Shown here one piece after another: positions 1-14,849 of a DNA stretch of 64,000 nt; positions within the stretch are counted from its first letter, which is position 1; every line of letters begins with the position of its first letter. Both the position numbers and the translations under genes were made by a program. Below the pieces are notes generated by a model. It was not told the DNA's origin. It saw only the letters and a program-made list of their open reading frames with translations, and did not search any database. Source of the DNA: Camelus ferus (lineage: Eukaryota); NCBI RefSeq assembly GCF_009834535.1, contig NC_045698.1:14820001-14884000 (forward strand), given 5' to 3'.

Positions 1-1784
1 ATTCTAGATAATTTGGATGTGAGACATAAGATAGTGGTAGCAATTTATCGTAGGGATAGGAGCTGAAAGATGAATTAAGATGATACATTAAGCTTGAAAC
101 ATGAGGCAGGAGAAGCTCTACTTAAGTTGAAGACTTAATTTAAAAGATATTATGAATTAGATGAGGGAAGGCTACGGAGAACAGAGAAAAGTTACATAGT
201 GGGGACTGCTGTTCCAGAAGCAGAGACCAAGAATAACCCAGACATGACAGTAAGGAGAAACTAGCGGGGGGGAAGAATGCTTATTACGGGTAAACTGGCC
301 ACTTCTGAAAGGTCGTTACTTCTACTAGACCAGGAATAGGTCCTGATAAGAAGGAAGTAAGTTTAAAAATAGAGAAAGATGTGGAGTAAATGAAAATCTC
401 CATAGAAACCACGAATGCAGCTCAATTATGTGAATTATTTTTGGGTACCAAGAGATACTGTTTTTTTCTTAAGGGTGGTTTGGTCTTCATCAGGTTTATC
501 TATGAGATCACTGCTGTTCTCATTATATTCACAATAGTAAAATACTCACTAATTTGTAAGACATATACATGTTTTCAAACCTTACAATCCGAAATAACCT
601 AGCACACATATCATTATGTCATTTGAAAGGAAATGTTATCATAAGCCTAATTAAATTAGGAAGCAGTGAGATATAAATTGTTATTAATATTAAGTATAAT
701 TTAAAAACAAAGTAGATTAAATTAGCTGCAGCATTATTTTGTGTTGAATACTTTTCATCCAAAATATCTGTCTATAGAAAATATTGGCAATGCGATCAAT
801 TATCTTATATCTGAAAGAGTTGAAGTGTGCCACTTTAAGACCCTCCTTGACTGAGGAAAGCACACAAACAGATAACGTCACTCTCTCTATTGAAGAGTAG
901 AGAAGCTCAGAAAGTTGTTCCCCTACTGCTGTGTTCTATGAATCAAGAACTAGAGTGCAGGTATAACTTTCTTAATTTTTTTTCAATTTCCCTGGGAATA
1001 GAGCAACAGTCTCTAAGGGTATGAAAAGTCCTTTTTCCAATACATCTTGCAACATCATATAGAAATATGTTGCAATCGGTTGCCAAGTTAGATGCTTGCT
1101 TAATGTCAGCAATTTTCTTTCTGAAACCAATTTTGCACTCAGCATCGGGAGGACATATTGAAGGGAGACTGTGTGCCCTCTGCGCTTGGAAAATTTATAT
1201 TTCCTAGGATTTAAAAAAAAGCAACTGTGTTTACTGTCATGGGATCTTGAGAAGAAATAAGGAGAAAATGAATTATAGAAAACATTGTATTATTTGAATG
1301 TTCCAGAACAATTTCTAAACCTGCTTATTTCTTTAACCCTCCCTAAAAAAATCTAGTACTTGGACAGAGAAAACACCTCCTACTCTATTATGTGAAAAAT
1401 TAAGATACACTGCACCAAACATTTCAAAGGAATTTATAACAGAAGAAATGTTGTCTTTGTACTCTTGCCTTCATGGTTGGAGGATAAATTTCAACTAATC
1501 AGTTCTGAAAAATGCATACCTAAATGTTCATAAAAATTTTGAATACATTTTTATATCTTTTTTAACAATCAAACTTCAAATTCTCTTTCTTACATGCTCA
1601 GTACAAATTGTTAGGAGCCAAAATAATTCCTGTGAGCTATACTGTTTTAACTATCTGAAGTAAATAACCTGATGTATAATATAAAAAGGCTTCTGTTCAC
1701 TTAAAAATCTTTTCTTTAAAAATAATTTTACAGCAAGTAATGTCATCTCATCTTAGAAGAACTATTAATTGAAATTTAAGTATT

Positions 1785-2035
1785 GATAACAACAGTAACC
1801 GTAAAACAATGGTGAGTATTTTTTCTATACCATGTACTGAGTTCAGTATCTTATATACATTATCCAATTTCATGTTGATAATAACCTTGAATTGTAAATT
1901 TTACTATTCATATTTTATATATTTGAGGTAATGTGATGCAAAGAAATCAAATAAAATGCCCCACAGTTATAAAGGTAAGAAACATGAAGGATGCATCAAA
2001 TCCAGGTATTTCACTCAAAAGCCCACGTCCTTTCC
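1785..2035 (-). mobile_element. MIR SINE (ancient, diverged)
   Basis: Colinear with the reverse complement of the MIR consensus from tail through core (cattatccaatttcatg...atattttatat..gaggtaatgtgatgcaaaga...caaatccagg). Confidence 0.7.
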
Positions 2036-2987
2036 AAATTAACTAACATCTTTGCTTTATAAAAGAGAAAAATGTATTCAATATATTAACTATACTTTTA
2101 CTTGTGATGTAAGCACTGAATTCTTATTACTAGTAATCTGTTAAGATCCATCTAAACCATGTGACAATTACCTGAAGTAAACTCCCACATTTTAGGCTTC
2201 TGAAGATGACAGAAGGGTTTCTTGAGAATAATGAAATGCAGATACGGTGATTAAAAACATGGGTTAAATATGCAATAATTTTTAAATGAATGTAACTATA
2301 ACTACTATTTTTAATTTAAAATATAATAGGGACACTGTCAATATGGCAGAAGTGGTAGTCTGTCTCAGTCCAGCCCGAGTTGTTTTGTTTTTGTTTTTGT
2401 TTTTTTTCCTTGAGCACCCTTGGTTTTCTTACCCACTGTCAACTTTAGGATCAGCGATATATGTTGTTTCACATTTAAAACTCCTTTCCACTTTTGCAGA
2501 GTCTTTACCCTGGAAATGTGGTGAGGCTTTTCTTTCCCACAATATACTCTCCCATAGAATGGCTGCTGGTTTACTTTGTTAAATGTAGCAAGCATTTTTT
2601 CTGTTTGCTTCACTGGGCAGCTTTCTCTAAAACCTGAATCACTGCTCTCTTTGATCTCTGGCTGAGACATCATTTTCTCCAGGAGCTGAAGTGAAGAATG
2701 GCATTTTATTCTATTACTTCAGTAGGAGAAGCCACTTCATCGTCAAGTTCAAGTGAAAAATATCTCCTATGACTCTTTCTATTTAATATCATTGAACATC
2801 TTTCAGGCAACAGATTCTCAGCTACTTCCTTACTACATCATTCTCAGTAATGTGCACTCTGGGGTCCACCATTTTGCCTGAATTTCCTTAACCTCCTGTC
2901 AATTCATCCAAGGGCACTTTCCTACCCCTGGATCCTACCCCATCTACAATACAGCCCTTTTATTTGAATGAAATAATTGATTCTTGC

Positions 2988-2990
<3 letters not shown>

Positions 2991-3022
<32 letters not shown>
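2991..3022. repeat. (TG)16 microsatellite
   Basis: Directly visible. Confidence 0.97.
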
Positions 3023-3026
<4 letters not shown>

Positions 3027-3189
3027 ACATTTTATACTGAAGCTTAATTTTCCTTTTAAAAGATAGAACTGTTAAGACCACACCAACACAGCTGTGCAAA
3101 AGTCTATGACATTTATTATCCATCTCTTTTTCAAGTATCTGCCCTAAAATTAAAATCAAGTGTTTTTTTTATAGGAATTACCATAGGTC

Positions 3190-3478
3190 AAATTATTCCA
3201 TGAAAAAAATAACCACCTAAAACCTCAACTGAACAGAGTTAGGGGACCAGAATGGAGAACTCTCACCATATCTGTAAAGACAGCAGATCCCAACAGGAAG
3301 AGGCTCTTCTTCCTTCTGGGCAAGGACTCAGCTAATGAAAAGCCATGGAGTCCTTGTTTACTATAGCCCTTCCTGAATTGCAATTCTCTCCTAATTCTGA
3401 ATGAACCTCCTTTTTTTTTTTTTTTTTTTTTTTTTTGTCTGGAGAAATAACTGATGGTCTATTTGTTTTAGGTCAACA
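3190..3478 (+). mobile_element. ERV1 LTR fragment, MER34-like, with internal poly-T run
   Basis: 3' end ctggagaaataactgatggtctatttgttttaggtcaaca and internal aaggactcagctaatgaaaagcc resemble MER34-family LTRs as recalled; 5' boundary approximate. Confidence 0.65.
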
Positions 3479-5349
3479 ATTTTCTTATACCAGTTCAATA
3501 CAATCTCCTCATTATTTAGGTTTGTGGTATAAACATAAGTTCCAGAATCCCTGTCTAACAGTCTCTGCCATAATATACAACTGAAATTTGGGAAACTTTG
3601 TTACTGAAGTATGTAATAAAAATGAAATCATTAAAACTATCATAATATATAATAATAACAGCAAAATATCAAAAAGACATATAATAATAAATCAAAAATA
3701 AATTAGAGTAGTAGCTTCCTCTAGATTGTTGTTTAAGAAAGAAGCATTGACTCTCTAGTTCTGGAGCCATAGTTCTTTTCTTCCCTTTTTCTTTTCTTTT
3801 TTTTTTTTTATTTTTAGCTATATTATTTCCCTGGTGATGGATCAGAAATCTGAAATTGTAAGTATATGTACTCCAAAATGAAATGCACACATTCACGTCT
3901 TAAAGGGTAAGCAGATTGAAGACAAAGAGACTGCCAGTAAAATTTATACAGAAATTATTACTTTTTTACTCTGCATCCCTACACACATGACAGAATAACC
4001 ACTGATGAGGAACGCTCTCTTCATTTGATGATGCATAACTGATTGAAAGGAGATGAAAGGAGGCATGTTAACATAAAACAAACAAACAAACAAAGCAAAA
4101 CAAAAATAAGAGTCCCTCTTGCTCTCTACCTTCCATGACACAGGAATTTCAGCTGCAGAGAAAAGGCCAAGCAAATCAGAGGAAAGTTAAATTTTCCCAA
4201 TGAAAACAGCTTCAAAATCTAAGTAAACCCCCCAAAACAGAGCCAACTCCCATATTTAAGACTTCAATATTGTAGCCCCCAGAAGAGATGACCTTAGAAT
4301 GGGTTACCCTACACAATTACAAGCTCTAAATTTCATTAGTCATAGAATCTGAAACAAATTCCTGTAATTTTCTGGCCCCTCTTCACTGATATTTATACAA
4401 AATACTTTAAATATATAAAGAGGATGTGCATAGAAAAGCAATAAACATTTTTTAATATGCTCTACGTTTAAAGTCTAATCTGTGGAAATTATTTTCTACC
4501 ATTTTCTACCACTTTTGGTAATTCAGAGCTGAGAACAAATAATTTGTTTGATTATGTGCTAACGTGTAAAATGAAAAAATTAATACAATACGCATCTCTT
4601 AAACTACCTTAGACTGTATATTGTAGGGAGAACCAATCCAAAGTTAAGCTGACTTTCTGTAATGAAGTGGCAAAAAGAAGAAACAAAATTAATGAAAACT
4701 GGATACATGGCTTAGAAGAAAAGCCTGAAAGTTTTCAAATAGTTGTGCTGAAAAGACACTTATTTCGGTCAGGAAACTTCATTGGCTATGCCCTTTATTT
4801 TTAAATAGTAAAGCAACTAATCTGTATATTTAGGAATATTTTCGATAATTATATGTCAAACTTTGTAATTACATATCATTTATGTTATTGTTTCACACAT
4901 TTTATAGAAATGTTTATTGATGCCAAGGATCTAACATGAAGGATCAATTGGGTAACAGCTCCTGTAGAAAGACAAAAGAATACCACCTAGGGAAACTGAT
5001 TCCAGATGGTCCACTTGAAGAAGAGTAAAATACCCAAACAGATTAATAAATAATTATACTATAATCTACACTTCAAAAAACTCCCAAATGTCCAAATTAT
5101 AATAAGAATTTTTTAATTTATTTCACTGGAGTTTAATGTATTTAATTTAAATGGGAAAAAAGTAATTTTTCTCATACAGATTTTTTGAGCTTAAGTTATT
5201 TTCTTTTTTAATGATTGAAAAAAATCATACTAAGTTTGGAATTTTTATCTGAAAACTGAAGTTTTCTCTAAATGGTCTGTTAGTGCATTTAAAATTTCTT
5301 CATAAACCTAATAGCTTTTAGTTTTATTTATTTCCCTTCTTTATTCCAA

Positions 5350-5655
5350 ACTCACAGGGCTAGAATCTGGAGAATAAATCTAATTGCACAGTTTTCTCCT
5401 CTCTGGTTGAGGGTAGGCAGCTTTTTGTGCCCCTGGTTATGGTGAACTTAATGCAGGAAACATGTGGGTCTGAGAGTTGAAATGGTTGGGTGGTTGGGTG
5501 CCTAGATATTCGAGCCCATCTCCAGTTGCCTAAATTTTGACTAACTTCAGATTACTCCAGGGACTTGCCCTAGCTTGATGACAGCCTGTTTTCAGTAAAA
5601 TGTTTGCATATGAATACCTGTCTTAAGCTCTGCTTCTTGGAAACTCAATCGATTA
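5350..5655 (+). mobile_element. Ancient ERVL-type LTR fragment (LTR16/LTR33-like)
   Basis: 3' motif tgcatatgaatacctgtcttaagctctgcttcttggaaactcaa resembles the LTR16/33 terminal region. Confidence 0.45.
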
Positions 5656-8469
5656 TGAGGCTCTTATTAAGAAGAATAAGCACATTTTTTCCCCTAAAAT
5701 TTTTTTTCTTCTTTTCTCTATTCTCAACATAAAGGCAGTAGTTTTTTTCCTTCTCTGATACTTCAGATTTTGTTTTCTCTCTCTCTCCCTCTCTCTCTCA
5801 GTCTCAATCTCTCTTTCCAGAATTTATTGTCAGTCGATCATTTGTCAGGAATTATTTTATTAATTCCTCACAGTGATTTTAGCAGGTACATAGCATTACC
5901 CTGCTTTCCCACTCCCTCCCCAACTGATAATGTATCTAGAATGGAGACGCTAGAGATATTTGCCCAACATCACATATTTAGTAAGTGATAGAGTTGAGAT
6001 TTGAATCTGGAATTGTGGATTTTAGAAAGTAACCAAATTCTTGACTGCTGAATGACTCTGCACCTCTCATAATTTAGGGAGCCCAGTACTGACAAACAGC
6101 TGGATGAATCATCAGCTCTCTGATAGTCCATTTAGATGCTAATTGAATCTCCATTTCAAATTTTCAGCATGGGGCAGTTTGACAAATTATAATTCTATAT
6201 ATACAGAAAATACATATGAAAATATTTTAGACTTCTAAGTAATTTAAGGAAGTTTACCTAGGTATGCAATGTTGGGACAACTCCTTAGTGGAGAGATTAT
6301 GGAAATATTCCAAAGATATTAAACAAAAACCAACAGAAAAACTGGGAGTGGGGGTAGTAGGAGTTCTATTAAACACGTATTTTCTTCTTTTTACCTGCCT
6401 ACCAACTTGGTGAATTTCTGTGAATGTGTAGTAGGCTTTATTTCAGTCTATACCGCCCTGATTGCTTGTTTAGGGTCTTATTCATTTATGCTGGGTTCCA
6501 ATCCTAGTAGTCCAAGTGATCAACACAATTCTAAAGGCAGGGTTTATCTCATGAACTCTGAAGTCTGACTCTGCTTTTTCTTCTTCTTCTTTTTCAGCTT
6601 AATTCATGTTAGCATTTTTTTATCCAAAGGTTGGGACTTTATTTTTTTTTTTTGCACTCCTTGTGATTTATTAAAAAACAAAAGACTTAGCCTCTTGATA
6701 ATTACTTTTATTTGCCATAAAAGTCTTTTGTTTAAAAGGCTTTATGTACTTACTACCGTTGTTTCTTAATTTATTCCCAAGTGAGTTATTTCCAATTTCT
6801 CTTAGAAAATGCTGGAACTGTTTCTATGCTGATACTTGTGTTTTATATCTCAATTTTTTTCTGGAAGCCTCTAAATGTGTAATAATTGAACTATATGTAT
6901 TTTTATATATCTGCATTCTCTTGGCTGTTTACATGGAAAAGCACAGGGACTAATCTCAATATTTTTACTTATCACAACTTATCACCTGGCAAGTCTTCAA
7001 ATTTCCCAGTGTTTTACTTAAAGACCAGGAATTAAATAATAAAATAGAAAAACAAGATATTCAAAAGTTAAATTTTTAAAAGTTCATTACTGGACATTAA
7101 TTGGAAAGAATATAAGTTTAAATGAGGACTATAAATTGTCCTTGGAATCCCTACATCTTTCTTCTGCCAAATTGTGTCTGGAACATTTTTACAAAATTAA
7201 TTGTACAACCTCTGTAATGAGTATTCTTGTTTGCAGTTTGTCTTAATTGTTAGAGGTCATTATGCTTCTGTTATGTTTTTCAATCACTTTTTTGCATATA
7301 AAAAATCTCTATGTTGTTTATATAATTTGGTGAAAATGAGGAATTAAAATTAAAATGAGTATATTAAAATTAGTTTCTTGGGAAAAACATATCTCATTAG
7401 TCTTCAGTGAGTTGCATGTTTTTGTTCAAGTTTCTAAATATTTTTATAATAAAATAATTGCCTTTATAACAGTCATTAATAAAGACTAAATATAAATATC
7501 AGTTATTTCTGATACTCAAAAGCAAAGACTTCTTTCTTTAATAGAAATGGTTAGATAGTAGACATTTATTTGTTAATTTTTAACTAAAATACATAGTTTT
7601 TCGATGTTGAAACCACTAAAACAAAAATTGTGAAGGGATACAGAAACACAGAATGACTTGATTGGGGTTATCAAGTGTGAAAGTCCAATTAATAAAACTA
7701 CTGCTTATATATTATGTATGTGTTACACATATTCATGTGTTTATGAATATATATATGTGTGAGTGTGTATGTGTGTCTATGTATTTCTTCCAAATCCCTC
7801 TTCTCTTACTTCTTCTCTAATATAATGTTGAGAGGTAAACATTCATTATAAACCTATGCTAGTGAGTAAAAACTAGGATTATAATTATTCCATTTTTTTA
7901 TTTTTCATTAGAGTTATCCAAAGAATCTTTAACAAAATAAATTATTCCTTGAATATGACAGAATAATTTAGATAAAATTTTTCATTAAAGATATTCCAGG
8001 AACTTCAGGTGTGTTGTTCTATAACTATTTGCTTGTGTAGTCATTTAGTTGTCAACTCAAAATAAATTATTTTGAGAGAAATTTTATTGGCTCCAGGAAA
8101 ATACATAATAATTATTATATTTAAGGATGGAAATTTATGAATAAATGACCACCTAGTAAGTAAAAGCACTTCACTGGAAACATTTTTTTTTTCTCAAACT
8201 AGAAACCAATTTCATGGGGGCAGGTTTGTATGTTTGTAAAAAAAATAAGAGAAATCAGTATATATCAAAATGACTTTAAATGCATAACAAAGAGTAGGCT
8301 TTCCCATATTGAGTTCATTCTTAAATAGATTAGGCCCCATACTTTCTTTCATCTGAACCATATGTAAGGAGGTGGAGAGGGTATTGATAAGGTCCCTGGG
8401 AACCTGGATCCTGAAAGGTAATAATGAAAATAGAATGTAGGTACAAAGAATTTTGCACAGTTAGTATTT

Positions 8470-9002
8470 GGGGTATTTTTTTTTTATATTGCTACAGTAA
8501 TAAAGCATCACAAAGTGGCAGCTAAAAACAACACAATTTTATTATGTGATAGTTCTATATAGATTAGGAGCCTGATACGGGTCTCACTGGGCTAAAACTG
8601 AGGGGTTGGTAAAGCTGTGTTCCTCTCTGGAGGCTACAAAGGAAAATTTACTTCCTTGACTTATCTAGCTTCTGGAGGCCACCTGCATTCCTTAGCTCCT
8701 GGCCCCTTTCCTCCAAGAAAGCCAACAAAGTTGCATTTCTGGCCGTTCTTCCATAGTCACATCTCCCTTTCTGATCACGGCCAGGAAGGATTCTCTGCTT
8801 TTAAGGGTGCATGTGATTAGACTGGACCCACCTGAATAATCCAGGACAATCTCCCCACCTGCAGGTACTCAATCAGATCTGCAAAGTCCCTTTGGACATA
8901 TGACATCCATACAAAGTAACATATGCATATGAGGTAACATACACATAAATTCTAGGGACAGCAACACAGACACCTGTGGGGGCCATTCTTCCGCCTACCA
9001 CA
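8470..9002 (-). mobile_element. MaLR solo LTR, MLT1D-like
   Basis: Typical MLT1 motifs: ctctggaggct, ctagcttctggaggccacctgcattcctt, ataatccaggacaatctcccc, atctgcaaagtcccttt, terminal gcctaccaca. Confidence 0.85.
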
Positions 9003-11174
9003 ACGTGCAATGTCAGATTCACAACAAGTTTTCTCAATAATGACTTTTTTAAGTATTCCATTTTCTACAAGAAGAAAGTCATAAAACTTAATAATTATTT
9101 AATTCTGGTTAGGAAAACTGGGTATGAGTTTTACCATGGTAGCTGTACAATATGTACAGTAGTGGCAGTTGTTAAATAGGAAGCTCACCAGCAGCCACTG
9201 GGAAGGTGCATACCTCTGCCATGAGCAATTCCAGTGAATTCCTAAGAGTGTATTTCATATGGAAAATATGTCAAAAAGCCTACTCCTGGGCATTAAATAA
9301 GTACCTATGGTTAACTAAATTCACTCTCCAATAGTCACAGACATTATGTACTAATACAGCCAAAGTTTAAAGTTTAGATTTAAACAAGACAACAGTAGGA
9401 TTATAGCACAAAGAGTTTGAAAAGGGAGCAAAAAACTGGGACGTGATTCTAAACTTCTAAAATCATGACTATGTGTAAATCATTCAGCTGCCTTATCCAG
9501 AGCTGACCCATAGAATAAGTTCCCCAGGCTAGAGATGTTACCATTTCACTCAAACAACTAGGGAAAAAATAGTGTAAAAAAGTAATTCAGATGAAGAAGT
9601 TATCTCATATTTCTTTTGTTCATTCTCAATTTTTTCTTCATCAACTTTTATTAGCTGTTTTGCTTTTATTTTTTTATTATCAAATATTTTCTTATATAAC
9701 ATAATTTACAGTAATATCTATATATGAAAATGTATATTATGTTGATATTAGTATTCAGAATCCAATTAGTTCTAACTGTATAAATAAAGTATTTACATTT
9801 CTGTAAGTCTTTAACATTTATAAGTAGACTTCTTTCACAATATAATTACATATGGGATGAGAGAGTGATTAACTGAACATATGGTATTACATGTGTGATT
9901 GCATTAATTGCCCTTTTCTCTGCATTTGAGAGTACAGAGTGATTAAAAGATTGATCATAATATAAATACTAAAACTTATTCTTTGGATTTATTATGAAAG
10001 ACTATTATAATCATGTAAGGTTTAGAGAAATCAAAGTTTTTATAGTATAATAAAGCCATCACAATAAGCAGATGGAGAGCCAAGATAACCTTATGCAAGA
10101 ATTCAAATGCTATAGAAATTAAACGTTTTTTTTTTTGCAATACCAAAGGTGAAGAGTAGCTTGTATCTTTTAGGATTTATTAGCAAATATTTAACAGTAA
10201 TTTAATATGTAGGTCTACTGCTCCCTTATTTTATCTCTTCCTAATGGTCATTTAGGAACCATATTTGTTATTATGATTTAATATTTTAGCCTACTATGCC
10301 ATATTAATCTAAAAAGACAGAATCAGGACTTATAACTTCCTTAATAATTTGATGATTAAATGAAAATCTACCACTTTCTTATATTTAGTTGACTTTTGAG
10401 AGAATTTTTTTTAATCCTCCTATAAATAATTCAGAATCCCTCTCTCCCTTTTCCAATCCAGGCACAGTGATGTAGTTACTGCTTTGCTGACATGTTACTT
10501 TGAACTAACTTTTCTACTGGGAAATTCTCTGTCAATAGAGTTCTTAAAAGGATTTGTATTAAGCCTTCCATGGATACTGAGATATTAAAATAATGTCTGA
10601 GTAAATAGGTGCACTCTGTGTAGTTAAAATCAAATGCTGCTATAAATATGCCCAGCTATATAATCCAATTTGCTATTCACTTTGGAACTAATACGATGGC
10701 CAAAAGGTACTTGGCAATACGGTTTGGGATTAGGATTACTTGTAGGTTATTTATTCTCCAGAAGTAGTGTAATATCTGCTGATAGATTGTATAATTTCTT
10801 GCAAACTCCCCCAATCAAAAAAGATTTGCTTTACATTCTGATTTCTGTTGCCTTTTACTGTGTATATGCAGAATCAATCTTGTGTTATTAAAGAGCCAAT
10901 TATAAAACCAAATCATACTTTGTTTTTATTTTCTTTTTTAGTCACTATCTTGATGATTATAGCTAAGGCTTATTTCGTAATTTTAAAGAAATGTTCTAAT
11001 TTTAAGTTTGCCAACAATTTCAATTATTCTCATGATATCTGTACTAGGTAGATAAAAGCAGTTACTAATAGCTATAAAGGATAACCAGGAAATATATGGT
11101 CATAAAAATGTGCTAGATGGCATGCAATTACAGAATATCTGTTTAAATTGATAAGCATTGTTTTGTCCACCATG

Positions 11175-11324
11175 CAAGTGCTTCTCAACTGCCAATCAGC
11201 ATAACCTGGCAAGATTTTTAAAAATACAGATACTGGATTTATACCCAGAGATGATTTCCTCTTTCCTTCTCTCTTTCTCACTACCCAGACGATACAAATA
11301 TGCAGCCAAAGTTAAAAACTACTG
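11175..11324. mobile_element. MER5-type hAT-Charlie MITE
   Basis: Imperfect terminal inverted repeats caagtgcttctcaa / ttaaaaactactg, internal ttttaaaaatacagat and atgcagccaaagtt. Confidence 0.7.
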
Positions 11325-13591
11325 ATTTAGTTGAGAATGCACCAAATGGAGACATGGAGTGAATTACCACTGGCTACAAAATGCCAGTGGTTGGCTGATT
11401 TGATTGAAAACTAGTTCCCAGCATTTTAACATTTTCTCTTCTCATGTTCTAAGTTAACATTTTGAGACAAGGATAAAGAGGGAGCATTTAATTAATCCAA
11501 TTAAAGGCAAGAGGAATGAATGAGTATTGCCCATTTGGCCATGCTCTTCATGGAAGGAGGAATGATGCCTAATTTAAAACCTTTAGAAGTATTTTGAGTG
11601 ATGGAATAAATGAATAAACAAATACTTGTTTTCATTTATCCCAGCTTCAATATGTTGTGATTAATTAGAAAAATAAAAAATCTTGTTGTGCTTTCTATTT
11701 CTGAAAATGTTTAATGAAAGTGACAATAATTAGCAAATTCCAATTTCATATGATTACTTTTTCACAATAAATGAAGAATTTCATAATTCTCTGTTATTAT
11801 GGCAGAACTCTGTAAGTTAATAGAAAACTATTACCACGAGTATTTTACATACCTTGCATTTCTAATAACAAATTACATTGTCATAATTCAATAAAAGTAA
11901 AAATAACTAATTTCATAGCTCAGATGTGCAACTGAACTTACAATATCTTGAACCTATTAAGTGTGTATATTTCCATGGTATACTTCCTTATCAGAAATTT
12001 CATAAATAACAGTAGAAATTATACAAAGTAGAGAAGGATTTGTGGAAAGCATTTAATCCTTGAACTAAGATAACTGATTTCTAATATTTTGTTGTAAATG
12101 ATGAGTTGGATTATATGTATTCCATAAACTCTCTAGACTTCAATTGCCTATATGGCTATGTTTGCAGGGAGTTAAAAATCATGAAATAAAACAAAAAGTT
12201 GATTGAAAAATTGAAAAAAAAAAACAACAACAACAACAACAACTAAGTTTGTGAGCCCAAGAATCTTTTTGGAAATGCCAGTCAGGAAACTTTGTGACAG
12301 ACAGAATAGGAGATGCATTTTCAAGGCCTGGATTGTTGGGGCAGATGGTGAGAGAGGATTTCAAACGCATTTAGAAAGTGGGGAAATTGAAGAACTGAGA
12401 TATGTTTGGGTTAACCTTTGTGAATTTAGTAGGGGTCGACAAGCTAAATTTGTTTTATTTCTTGGAAATTCCTAAGGGAACAACAAATGGCTTTCTCATT
12501 TTCTCATCCCTCAAAAGTAAGAGTTTAAATAAAAATATATGGATGAGGCAGCACTGTAGTGTGAGTTTAATGTTTATTCATTTTCCTATTAAAAATGTCG
12601 TATCACCTCTATGCTATAGTCTGGCAAGGGAATTAAATGCTTAGGGCTCTATTAAGCACTTGAGAGAGAGGCATATTATTACTAAAAGGGAAAGTGAATC
12701 TAAATCAATGTCTGGCCACCAAGAGGCCACACCTCCAGCAACATTCACATCTAGAACTCCGCGGGTTTTGAGAAATGTGGCAGGACATGGTGAAAGGATT
12801 GTGGTTAGCCTGTCACCTTCTCCCTAACAACCACCACCACCATTACCACTGCAAGGACAACACAGAGGCAACCATGCAGAGCACACAAATCCCTAACAGC
12901 CAGATATTTGTGAAGCATTGGTCTCTGACTGGGGGCAGGAGCCTTTCCTGGAGCCTGTCACATACACTGCCCCAGGGTTCCTATCAGCTTGTTAAGACCA
13001 AGGTCCTTGCTTGGCAAAACAGAGATCACTTTTGTATTATCAGAAGTTAAGCTTTTTAAGAGATACCATTATGTATAATGCATTGTTTTTTTTTTTTTAA
13101 AAAAAAAAAAAACCTATGAACTACTCAGGAAGTACTTACATAATTGGAAAGATCTGTAACTAGTCTAGTCTTTGTCTCCAACAAAAGAACATTTCCTGTG
13201 ACTATTATCTCCAGGAAAACACAGAAATCTACAGGAAAATTCCTGTTCCAAGAAATTCAAGACGACCCTGTAAAATTTTCATTGCTGCTTATTATGTAGC
13301 TGGAAGTGGGAGACAGCATTAGTGGGACTTACATTTTAGCTCTCTCCCAAAAGCACAAGTGGCCAATCTTTAATAAGTACCTTTTGCTTAGTTCTATACT
13401 TTCTTGATTTATTCTATATGATCATTTATCCTTAGAATTTACTTTAGCTTTCAAAACAGCTACTTTTGACTCATACCAAATACATAATTGGCAGAGTGGA
13501 GATTGCAAAATTAAAGGTGTGCAAAGATCTTTCCATAACATAAACCTTAGAAATGTAAAATAATTATAGCACTGTACAGGTGTTATTTTAC

Positions 13592-13900
13592 CTTGCATAG
13601 AAACTTAATTTTCGGGCTGAAAGCAATTTCATGGTAGCGCATCTCTTGGATCTTTCTTTTGATGACTAAATATAGGCACTACAGGAGCTGAGTCCCATGC
13701 AGCGTCTGGCTGTACGGAAGGGTCCTTGTTAGACAAGCTCAGTCCATCAAATGTTAATACGGATTTGGGGAGACTCTTCAGTGACATCTCCAAGGAGTTT
13801 GCACAGGCTCTTTGGATTAGAATCCTCAATTTTTCACTAATTCAATAAAGAGGTGATGGTTTATTTCTCATCTGAAAACCATCTTCTTCAAAATTATAAT
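13592..13900 (-). pseudogene. Candidate relic (disabled) exon of unknown gene, 309 bp
   Basis: Minus strand cattttacAG|ATTAT...CAAG|GTaaaa; length 103x3; phase-1 frame reads YNFEEDGFQMRNKPSPLY*ISEKLRILIQRACANSLEMSLKSLPK...DALP*NCFQPEN*VSMQ; higher GC than flanks; protein not recognised. Confidence 0.3.
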
Positions 13901-14389
13901 CTGTAAAATGAATTGCTGTTCATCTACACAATGGGAGTATGGGCTTGACTTGACTCTTAACTTGCCAGATCCCACAAACGTTCTTCTGTCTCCTATTCCT
14001 TCTTTCCCCCAGTGAGCCTCTTGCATTTCTTTCTAGCGGAAAATGAAAAACCATGAGAGCCTTATGTGGAGTGCAGGTGTTAACCGCAATATGGGTTCTA
14101 GATCTGAGTCATCTTTTTTTCTGTTAACAACCCAAAAGGTGGAACCATAAATTCCCTGAGCCTTTTCTCTGATTTTACTTTATAAAGAAAATATGGTTTC
14201 TTTCCAATGACCAGTCGAAGTATGACATATCACAACGTTTAAATCCTATAAGAGGATTGGATTACCCATGTTTCATCCTGAAACCACACTGCTGACATAA
14301 GATTTTTCCTATCTCTTTCTATTATGCTGTCCTCCCACCCCCTTTAAATAGACAACAGGATATTTATTGCTAGTTTAGGAGCATAAAGG

Positions 14390-14849
14390 CATCATGGGTT
14401 GAACTGCATCCTTCAAAAATTTATATATTGAATTCCTAACACTCAGTATCCCAGAATGTGACATCATTTTGAGATAGGGTCTCTGTAGAGATAATCCAGT
14501 AAAATGAGGTCATTAAGGCAGGCTTCAATACAATGTAACTGGTAACCTGAAAACGGGGAGAAATTTGGAGACAAGACGTGCGCAAAGTGAGAACACAATG
14601 TGAAGATGAAAGCAGAGATTATGGCAATGCTTCTGCAAGCCAAGCAACACTAAAGATTGCCAGCAAGCCGTGAGAGCTAGGAGAGAGGTATGAACAAAGT
14701 TCTTCCTCACAGACTTCAGAAGGAAGCAACCCTGCTGACATCTTAATCTCATACTTCTAGCCTCCAGAACAGTGGGACAATACATTTCTGTTGTTTAAGC
14801 CACTCATTTTGTGGTACTTTGTTATGGCAGTCCTAGAAAACGAATGTAC
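14390..14849 (+). mobile_element. MaLR solo LTR, MLT1B/C-like
   Basis: atgggttgaactg...agaatgtgac...aaaatgaggtcatta...ctagcctccagaac...ttctgttgtttaagccac...gtggtactttgttatggcagtcctagaaaac. Confidence 0.88.

Noticed and set aside
1047..1075. 9-bp inverted repeat TTGCAACAT/ATGTTGCAA
   Set aside because: Short enough to arise by chance in 64 kb of AT-rich DNA; no supporting context
2365..2673. 102-aa minus-strand ORF
   Set aside because: No recognisable homology; it ends in a low-complexity A-rich repeat and may be an ancient LINE remnant
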